DNA from: an archaeon
Lineage (GTDB): Archaea; B1Sed10-29; WALL01
Length of the DNA: 64,000 bases
Direction: 5' to 3'
Assembly: GCA_042584585.1 (NCBI GenBank)
Contig: JBHOSQ010000002.1
Location: 57,808-121,807, forward strand
Under the pieces are notes generated by a model, which did no database searches, was not told the DNA's origin, and worked only from the letters and a program-made list of their open reading frames with translations. Positions within the stretch are counted from its first letter, which is position 1. The number at the start of each line of letters is the position of its first letter. Positions 57,226 to 64,000 of this stretch are shown here, in pieces. Both the position numbers and the translations under genes were made by a program.

Positions 57226-57681
57226 TTAGACTACTGGAACCTGTGTAACCAGCCTTTCGTCGTACTCTTTGTCGCAGTAGTCGCACCGCATCCGCAGCGG
57301 GTTTGCCGACACGGTAAAGCTCGTCTCCAAAGGCTCGCGGGCCGCGTTCGTCACGCAATGCGGGTTCAGGCACTTCAAGTAGCCCTGCACCGTCTTCGGC
57401 AAGCCCACTTTGTGCTTCTCCACGCGCTTCCCGCCCTTGATTGTGTTGATGGTCGCGTCCGGCGCAACAAGCGCGATGATGTCACGGCGCTCCTTGCTCA
57501 CAAAAACGTCTTCCAGCTTCACGATGTCTTTCTTGCCCATGCTCGGCGACTTCGCGTTCAGCAAAAGCACTGACTGGCCGCCGTTCGCCCCCCCAAGCAA
57601 AGTGTAGACCACCAAACCCTTTCCCGCGGGAATGTGGTCAACCACTGTTCCGTCCTTGATTGGCTTTACCTCGAGTGCCAT
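57226..57681 (-). CDS. pyrI: Aspartate carbamoyltransferase regulatory subunit
   Basis: IKDGTVVDHI, KKDIVKLE, CLNPHC...CDYC. Confidence 0.95.
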   Translation of the reverse strand: MALEVKPIKDGTVVDHIPAGKGLVVYTLLGGANGGQSVLLLNAKSPSMGKKDIVKLEDVFVSKERRDIIALVAPDATINTIKGGKRVEKHKVGLPKTVQGYLKCLNPHCVTNAAREPLETSFTVSANPLRMRCDYCDKEYDERLVTQVPVV

Positions 57682-57682
57682 T

Positions 57683-58579
57683 TCACACCGCCCCCAAAAG
57701 CATTGCTATGAGCGCCATTCGCGTCGGCACCCCGTAAAACGCCTGCTTGAAGTACACGCACCGTGGGTCCGAGTCGCACTCCCACGTGATTTCGTCCACG
57801 CGCGGAAGCGGGTGCATCACAATGCTCTTTTTCTTCATCGTCGACAAGACATCCGGCGTGAGGATGAAGCTGTCCTTGACTTTTTCGTATTCTGTGGGGT
57901 CCGAAAACCTCTCGCCCTGGATGCGCGTCATGTACACCACGTCCGCGTCGGCGACGTCAAGCTCGTTGAACTCGTCGTATTTCAATCCTTTTTTGTACTC
58001 GTCCGGCATCTTCAGCAAGTCCGGCGCGATGAACCTGAAGTCCGCGCCGTACAGGTTAAGCGCTTCGCAAAGAGAGTGCACGGTGCGGCCGTACTTAAGG
58101 TCGCCGACCATTGCCACCTTGAGGTTCTTGAGCGTGCCCAATTCTTTCTGGATGGTGAACAAGTCCAGGAGCGTTTGGGTTGGGTGCTGGTGCGAGCCGT
58201 CGCCGCCGTTGAGTACGGGGACGCTTGAGACCTCGCTCGCGAGCCTTGCCGCGCCGTCCATGGGGTGGCGCATCGCGATTATATCGGAATAGGCCGCGGC
58301 CATGCGGATTGTGTCCGCGGTCGTCTCCTTTTTCTTTATGGACGTGCCTGAGGGATCGGAAAAGCCGATTACCGAGCCGCCGAGGCGGTGCATCGCGGCC
58401 TCAAAGGACAGCCTCGTGCGGGTGCTGGGCTCGAAAAACAGTGAGGCCAGTACCTTGCCGTGCAGCATGTCGCTTGAGCCCTGCTTGTTGAGGATTGTGA
58501 GCATTTTGTCGGCACGGGAGAGAACGAGGTCGATGTCCTTGCGCGAAAAGTCCTTAATTGAGATTACGTGCTTGAACAC
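57683..58579 (-). CDS. pyrB: Aspartate carbamoyltransferase catalytic subunit
   Basis: FFEPSTRT, HPTQTLLD, GDLKYGRTVHS, HPLPR. Confidence 0.97.
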   Translation of the reverse strand: MFKHVISIKDFSRKDIDLVLSRADKMLTILNKQGSSDMLHGKVLASLFFEPSTRTRLSFEAAMHRLGGSVIGFSDPSGTSIKKKETTADTIRMAAAYSDIIAMRHPMDGAARLASEVSSVPVLNGGDGSHQHPTQTLLDLFTIQKELGTLKNLKVAMVGDLKYGRTVHSLCEALNLYGADFRFIAPDLLKMPDEYKKGLKYDEFNELDVADADVVYMTRIQGERFSDPTEYEKVKDSFILTPDVLSTMKKKSIVMHPLPRVDEITWECDSDPRCVYFKQAFYGVPTRMALIAMLLGAV

Positions 58580-58669
58580 TTGAACACCTCAAATTTTAGG
58601 GGGACGAGGGTATAAAAAGCTAGCCCAGGAAAAGGCTTAAAAAAGGCAGTAAGCACAAACCTCAACCCC

Positions 58670-59965
58670 ATGAGGCTTAGAAGCTTAGTCGGCGTGCTCG
58701 TCTTCATTGCTTTTGTGCTGCTGTCCGCAGCAGCCTTTACCTATTTTGACGCATACCTCATGTTCACGATAAGCAGCTCGCTGTTCGTAACCCAGGCAGC
58801 GATTTTTTTGATGGCACTCGAAGACGCCGACTTGAAAGACCCTAAGCCCAAACGGTACCCCTCGCTCACGATAATGGTGCCGGCGTACAACGCAGGGAGC
58901 ACCATTGTCGAAAGCATCAAGCGCATCAAGGAAATGGAGTACCCCCGTAAGTTCAAGATAATCGTGATGGAAGACGCGAGCACGGACGACACTTACGAAA
59001 AAATCAAGAACATTCCTGGAATCAAGATAATCCGGAACACGAAGAACCAGGGCAAGGCCGCGAGCCAAAACCAGGTATTGGCTGTTGTTGATACTGAATT
59101 GGTGGCGAACATTGACTCCGACACCTTCCCCGAAAAAGACGCTTTGATGAAGACCATTGGGCACTTCAATGACCCAAAAATCGGGGCTGTGACTGTGTTG
59201 ATTCTGCCGACGCACACGCGGAACTGGCTGCAGAAGGTCCAGCAGTTCGAGTACTACAACGCGTTCGGGTTCTGGCACAAGAGCATTTCTTCGCTCGGCG
59301 GCATGTACGTCACGCCCGGGCCGATGACTGTGTACAGGACGCAGGCGCTGCAGGACGTCGACGGTTTCGACCCCGGCAACATCACTGAGGACATGGAGGT
59401 CGCGCTGCACATGCAGAAGATGGGGTGGGACATCAAGTGCTCGGTTAATACCAAGGTTTACACCGAGGTGCCGGACACGCTGCGGAGCTATTTCCGCCAG
59501 CGCATCAGGTGGTACCGCGGGAAGTTCCTTAATGGGGTTAAATACAAAGATTTATTGTTCAACCGGTCGCACGGCGCGCTTGGCACGTTCATTTACCCAA
59601 TGAGCTTCATCGTCGAGATATTGTCGATGACCGTGTTGATTGGGATAATCACGATTAATCTGGACGGGTTTATTCGCGCGGTGAAGCACTTCGTGGGAGT
59701 GGTGCAGCAGAACGCGTTCAGCCTCGAATTGTTGTTTAATTTTGACCCGCTGACGTGGCCGCCGTACCTCGTGTTTCTGGTGCTGACGCTGCTGATTTGG
59801 GGCTATTTGCTGTACACTAGCATGGGGTTCGACAGCAACCGGAAGCCGAAGCTGACGGAGCTGCCATACATACTGTTTTATTTGACTTTCTACTCATTCT
59901 TCATCACGTTCACGTACGTCATGAGCTTTTTCCACGAGCTAAAGGGAAGTGAAAGAGTATGGTAA
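58670..59965 (+). CDS. GT2-family processive glycosyltransferase (PgaC/cellulose synthase-like)
   Basis: DASTD, DSD, TED, QRIRW motifs; N- and C-terminal TMs. Confidence 0.9.
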   Translation: MRLRSLVGVLVFIAFVLLSAAAFTYFDAYLMFTISSSLFVTQAAIFLMALEDADLKDPKPKRYPSLTIMVPAYNAGSTIVESIKRIKEMEYPRKFKIIVMEDASTDDTYEKIKNIPGIKIIRNTKNQGKAASQNQVLAVVDTELVANIDSDTFPEKDALMKTIGHFNDPKIGAVTVLILPTHTRNWLQKVQQFEYYNAFGFWHKSISSLGGMYVTPGPMTVYRTQALQDVDGFDPGNITEDMEVALHMQKMGWDIKCSVNTKVYTEVPDTLRSYFRQRIRWYRGKFLNGVKYKDLLFNRSHGALGTFIYPMSFIVEILSMTVLIGIITINLDGFIRAVKHFVGVVQQNAFSLELLFNFDPLTWPPYLVFLVLTLLIWGYLLYTSMGFDSNRKPKLTELPYILFYLTFYSFFITFTYVMSFFHELKGSERVW

Positions 59966-60621
59966 GCACTTATGTCAAGGGAATCGCGCTGGGGGCAGTG
60001 CTGTTGATTGCGAGCATGTCCGCGCTATGGATACTGGACCAGCAGCGCACCAACATACTGTCCAAGGAAATCCAGGACATGACCTGGGAAATGGAGGACT
60101 CGCGGCTTTACCTCGAGTACTTGGGCACGCTGGGGACTGACTCATGCGAAGTGATGAACACGCGCGTCGTGCAGCAGGTCGGGAAAAGCGACGAGCTAGC
60201 CAAAAAGATTGACTCGTACAAGAACGCGAACATGTTCAGCGAAGAATACTACGCCATCAAGAAGACTTTCATTTACAAGAACTTTGAGTTGTTCCTGACG
60301 TTCAAGACATTGAAGGAAGAATGCGGCGCAAACGTGAACCAAGTGATTTACTTTTACGCCGAAGACGACCCCGACCAGTCGATTTGCCCGGACTGTGGGG
60401 TACAGGCAGGCATCCTGAACACGCTTTCGAACAACTGCCCGAACACGTGGGTGTTCGCCCTGCCGTACAACGGGTACATTGACCTGGTGAACGTCGTCAG
60501 GGACCAGTACGGAGTCGAGGGTATGGCCGTCGTCGTGAACGGCGAGAACGTGCACTATGCACTGACGGACTTGCCGACGCTTGAGGGCGAGATTACATGC
60601 GGCGCGAACCCGCTTGAATAA
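59959..60621 (+). CDS. Membrane-anchored thioredoxin-like protein
   Basis: N-terminal TM; IYFY...CPDC. Confidence 0.65.
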   Translation: MVSTYVKGIALGAVLLIASMSALWILDQQRTNILSKEIQDMTWEMEDSRLYLEYLGTLGTDSCEVMNTRVVQQVGKSDELAKKIDSYKNANMFSEEYYAIKKTFIYKNFELFLTFKTLKEECGANVNQVIYFYAEDDPDQSICPDCGVQAGILNTLSNNCPNTWVFALPYNGYIDLVNVVRDQYGVEGMAVVVNGENVHYALTDLPTLEGEITCGANPLE

Positions 60622-60651
60622 AAAGGAAAAGGGACAAAAAGCCTTTCAACG

Positions 60652-60713
60652 GGGGATGCCGCCGAATTGGCGGCACTCCCCAAGCGGCCCGACATTGACC
60701 CAAGGTCAATGTC
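60652..60713. repeat. Two hairpins upstream of tRNA-Gln
   Basis: GGGGATGCCGCCGAATTGGCGGCACTCCCC and GACATTGACCCAAGGTCAATGTC. Confidence 0.8.
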
Positions 60714-60721
60714 ACTCAAAA

Positions 60722-60794
60722 AGCCCCGTAGTCTAGTGGCCAAGGATGAGAGGTTCTGGACCTCTTGACATCGGTTCGAATCCGGTCGGGGCTA
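60722..60794 (+). tRNA. tRNA-Gln(CTG)
   Basis: AGCCCCG/CGGGGCT acceptor, AGAGG-TTCTGGA-CCTCT, GTTCGAATC. Confidence 0.95.
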
Positions 60795-60818
60795 TTGCAA
60801 ACCGACACCGCAGGTCTG

Positions 60819-60840
60819 GACGTTGACCAAAGTCAACGTC
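60819..60840. repeat. 22-bp palindrome between the tRNAs
   Basis: GACGTTGACCAAAGTCAACGTC. Confidence 0.85.
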
Positions 60841-60863
60841 AGGGGCTGCCGGTGTCACTCAAG

Positions 60864-60938
60864 GGGCCCGTGGTCTAGTCTGGTTAGGACGTCTGTTTCA
60901 CAGACAGAAGATCCCCGGTTCAAATCCGGGCGGGCCCA
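60864..60938 (+). tRNA. tRNA-Val(CAC)
   Basis: GGGCCCG/CGGGCCC acceptor, TCTGT-TTCACAG-ACAGA, GTTCAAATC. Confidence 0.95.
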
Positions 60939-60941
60939 CTC

Positions 60942-61029
60942 ATTTTTTTGTTTTTAGTCCGCTGGCCAGCGCCAGCTGGGCACGGACAACGTGCCGCCTG
61001 AGTTTCAGGCGATACGGGTGGGCCCACTC
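60942..61029 (+). mobile_element. Short version of the tRNA-3' element, closed by a duplicate of the tRNA-Val 3' end
   Basis: 60988-61011 is the exact reverse complement of 56938-56961; 61012-61029 matches 60924-60941 at 16/18. Confidence 0.7.
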
Positions 61030-61112
61030 TTCTTTTAATTTGTCCCTTTTGAGTGGTTTCAACGAAAATGCTTTTAAAGGCTGGCTGAGTTACTGCAATG
61101 TTGGTGTTAGCC

Positions 61113-63725
61113 ATGAATAAGGCAATCCTATTAGTTCTTGTAATCGCCATCTTGGGCACTGGGGGCGCTTGTGCCGAGAGTATACTCACTTTCGGCGACG
61201 CCAGCCACAATATGTCTCTCCAAGAAACAGTGTTTATGGAGGGTGATACTGTTTACGTGTCGGTATTCCCTGACACGATAGGGCTGGGAGCGCCACGCAA
61301 CTACAGCGTGTCCAGCTCGGACGACGCTGTTGGCACCACCATGAACCTATCCGCCAACGGCCTGGCGGAGTGGCGCGGCAGCTTTGTCGTGGGATCAGTA
61401 ACCCAGCAAAACGTGTCCATAAAAGCCGACAGCGCCACGGCAAACGTAACGGTCTTTGCCGACTTGGACAGCAATGGCGCCAACGCCAGTAAACTTCTGG
61501 AAATCGACAACACCGCGCCGGCGATTACTCCGTCGGTGAACTCCAGTGACGTGGCGAACGGGCAGACCGTCAAAATCAGTGCCACTGTCTCGGACTCCAA
61601 CGGCGTGGACAACGTCAGCATCAGCGTGAACGGGACCTCGCTATCTGTCACGAACTCAAGCGGCACGTACACCGCGACGTATACTGCGGGTGGAGTCGAG
61701 GGGACTTACATCGCGAACGTGACCGCGAACGACACCATAGGCAACTTCGGGTTTTCGACGACGAGCTTCGGCGTCGACAACTCCGCGCCCACCGGCGCGG
61801 TGGTTCAGCCGGCGAACGAAAGCTACGTGAGCTCGCAGTCCCCAATGATTTGCGCGAACATCACGGACCCCAATGACGTGGACGTTTCTTCGATAGCAAT
61901 GGATGTGTTCGACGGGAACACACACTTCCCCCTTGAGACCACGACTGCGATTACGGATGGGTACAAGGCGTGCATCGACATCGCGCCGCAGACCGAGAAC
62001 GACGGCACACACTTGGACGTTTATGTGAATGCGACGGACTCGTTAAGCGCGTCGAATAAGCTCGTGAACTTTTACTGGTGGTTCAAGGTTGACTTGAACC
62101 CACCCTCCATTACGCTGCACGCGCCGGGCAACGGAAGCGTGAACCCCGCCCACGTGAACATCACGGTGACGGACAGCTCGTCCGGCGAGATGAACTGCTC
62201 GTACTTCCTGAATTCCACTACTGAATATTATATTGGGTGGGTCGCGAACAACACATTCAACTCGACGAACCTGACGACCCCGGCCGACGGGAATTATTCC
62301 TTGACCGTGTCGTGCGAGGACATGGCGGGCCACAGCTCTACCACGGGGCCTTCGTCCATCACGGTTGACACGACTCCCCCTGTAATAGGCGTGGCGGTCA
62401 ACGACACGTATTTGATTGTGGGCGAAGCCGCATTGGTTACAGCGACTGTGGCGGACCTGCTTGGCGTGGACAACGTCAGCATCAGCGTGGGCGGTGTGCC
62501 GATGTCGACGACTGGTGGCGGCGGGACTTACACTGCGGTTTTCACCCCCGGCGCGCTGCCGGATGGAATTTATAATGTTAACGTGACTGCCAACGACACG
62601 CTCGGGAACATCGCGTTCAACGACACCATGAACATCACGGTGGACGCGACTGCGCCTGTGATAACCGTTTACGAGCCAACGGGCGTCTACAACGACTCCG
62701 AGGCCGTCAACTTCAACATCACTGTCCTAGAGAAGGGAAACCTTTACGTGGACGCCAACTTCAGCAACCAGACCGAAGTCACTTGTGAGTGGAGTGTGGA
62801 TAGCCCTGGATGGGGCACACTAGACGGCCTCTTCGGAACCTTTACTCACAAAGAAAATGGCTCGCACTTCGTGGCGTTCAACTGCAGTGACGCGGCTGGA
62901 AACACAGCACAGTTCAATGCGACGTATGATGTTAACGACAGCACCCCGCCGGTCATGAACTTGATTTCCCCGGAAAACCTCAATTACACTTCCACCAGTG
63001 TGCTGCTTGAGTTCAACGTGACGGAACACGCCAACTGCAGCTACAGTGTCGACAACGGCGCGGCGAGCGACGTCGTCATTGGCTACGGGAACATGTACCC
63101 GGCGTACACGGACTATTACTGGAACACTACGCTCACCCTTTCGAACGCGTCGCACAACATTTCGGTTAACTGTACTGACACAGGAAACAACACTGTTTCG
63201 GCGCAGCAAAACTTCACGGTGCAAATCATTTTCCCTGACGGGGACGGCGACGGGTACGACAACCAGACGGACTGCAACGACGCCAACGCCGCGGTAAACC
63301 CCGGCGCGACTGAAGCATGCAACGGAATTGACGACGACTGCGACGGCACGATTGACGAGGGCTGCGGAGGCGGTGGAACCCCGCCAGGGCCAGGCGGATC
63401 GGGGCCAGATGGTGGGTCATTTACCCCCAACAACGAGGACCCACCCGAGGCAGTGCCTGAAGACGACCCGATAGAGCTTCCGACGCCGACCCCAATTCCT
63501 GTGGCAACTGCCACACCGGAGCCAACTCCAGAGCCGACTCCGACACCCACTCCAGAGCCAACGGCTACGCCGACCCCAACGCCGGCATCGAGCCCGATAA
63601 CCGGCCTTTTGTTCTCCAACGGAAGCCTCTTGTGGGGCTTGGCTGCGTTAATGGCGCTTGCCACTGCGTGGTCGCTGTGGGCAATGAGCAAAGAAAGGGC
63701 CAAGCGCAAGTGGTACGAAAACTAA
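61113..63725 (+). CDS. Ig-like repeat surface glycoprotein with MopE-like metal-binding motif, PT linker and C-terminal TM
   Basis: Signal peptide; repeated DxTxP-bounded domains; many NxS/T; DCNDANAAVNPGATEACNGIDDDCDG; PT repeats; SPITG + TM + basic tail. Confidence 0.85.
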   Translation: MNKAILLVLVIAILGTGGACAESILTFGDASHNMSLQETVFMEGDTVYVSVFPDTIGLGAPRNYSVSSSDDAVGTTMNLSANGLAEWRGSFVVGSVTQQNVSIKADSATANVTVFADLDSNGANASKLLEIDNTAPAITPSVNSSDVANGQTVKISATVSDSNGVDNVSISVNGTSLSVTNSSGTYTATYTAGGVEGTYIANVTANDTIGNFGFSTTSFGVDNSAPTGAVVQPANESYVSSQSPMICANITDPNDVDVSSIAMDVFDGNTHFPLETTTAITDGYKACIDIAPQTENDGTHLDVYVNATDSLSASNKLVNFYWWFKVDLNPPSITLHAPGNGSVNPAHVNITVTDSSSGEMNCSYFLNSTTEYYIGWVANNTFNSTNLTTPADGNYSLTVSCEDMAGHSSTTGPSSITVDTTPPVIGVAVNDTYLIVGEAALVTATVADLLGVDNVSISVGGVPMSTTGGGGTYTAVFTPGALPDGIYNVNVTANDTLGNIAFNDTMNITVDATAPVITVYEPTGVYNDSEAVNFNITVLEKGNLYVDANFSNQTEVTCEWSVDSPGWGTLDGLFGTFTHKENGSHFVAFNCSDAAGNTAQFNATYDVNDSTPPVMNLISPENLNYTSTSVLLEFNVTEHANCSYSVDNGAASDVVIGYGNMYPAYTDYYWNTTLTLSNASHNISVNCTDTGNNTVSAQQNFTVQIIFPDGDGDGYDNQTDCNDANAAVNPGATEACNGIDDDCDGTIDEGCGGGGTPPGPGGSGPDGGSFTPNNEDPPEAVPEDDPIELPTPTPIPVATATPEPTPEPTPTPTPEPTATPTPTPASSPITGLLFSNGSLLWGLAALMALATAWSLWAMSKERAKRKWYEN

Positions 63726-63757
63726 TAAAAAGCAGTATGTATAGAATAGCGCAGACC

Positions 63758-63779
63758 GGCATTGACCCGAGTCAATGCC
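63758..63779. repeat. 22-bp palindrome upstream of tRNA-Glu
   Basis: GGCATTGACCCGAGTCAATGCC. Confidence 0.85.
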
Positions 63780-63789
63780 ATTGACTAGC

Positions 63790-63862
63790 GCTCCCGTAGT
63801 CTAGTGGCCAAGGATTACAGGTTCTCAACCTGTCGACGTGGGTTCAAATCCCGCCGGGAGTA
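63790..63862 (+). tRNA. tRNA-Glu(CTC)
   Basis: GCTCCCG/CGGGAGT acceptor, ACAGG-TTCTCAA-CCTGT, GTTCAAATC. Confidence 0.95.
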
Positions 63863-63865
63863 CTC

Positions 63866-64000
63866 CAGCGTCCCTAGGGGGGAGCGCAGCTCCCCCCTGG
63901 CTACCCTGGGAAGCCCACCCCCCTCAGTAAATTGTCTCTGGGGGTCTTGTGCCCCCCGTTGCCCGACGTTGACCCAAGTCAACGTCCAGTCCCGACGTGC
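63866..64000 (+). mobile_element. tRNA-3' hairpin element, truncated by the window end
   Basis: CAGCGTC, G6/C6 hairpin, GCTACCCTGGGAAGC, TTGTCTCTGGG, GACGTTGACCCAAGTCAACGTC, ACGTGC in the same order as at tRNA-Arg. Confidence 0.75.

Noticed and set aside
57097-57573. 158-aa plus-strand ORF
   Set aside because: Antisense to tRNA-Arg and pyrI.
63479-63585. Tandem DNA repeat
   Set aside because: It is the Pro-Thr-Glu linker of the surface glycoprotein, with degenerate codons.
56915-64000. CRISPR array interpretation of the recurring palindromes
   Set aside because: Copies are dispersed and irregularly spaced, with no repeat-spacer periodicity and no cas genes in the window.

Overview
Archaeal chromosomal window of roughly 55-60% GC (by eye). 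The gene set (PolB, deoxyhypusine synthase, PAC2, type II MetAP, pyrB/pyrI, CCA-less tRNAs, TATA boxes, many class III signal peptides) fits a DPANN-type archaeon such as Micrarchaeota or Diapherotrites; this assignment is an inference. About 49 kb encodes a cell-surface apparatus: two different type IV pilus-like ATPase/platform modules, at least 8 pilin-like genes (one of 52 aa missed by the ORF track), an archaeosortase-family protein, a 1552-aa anchored protein, three tandem ~2400-2550-aa paralogues plus a 129-aa mini-paralogue that all share an unusual N-terminal leader, and a run of 8 small membrane proteins. The right end has housekeeping genes and four tRNAs. The strongest non-coding signal is a modular hairpin element found directly 3' of three tRNAs. 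At two of them it is followed by a duplicate of that tRNA's 3' end, and a further copy sits in frame inside a pilin signal peptide. No integrase or transposase is in the window. All calls were made by eye from motifs; no database searches were run.
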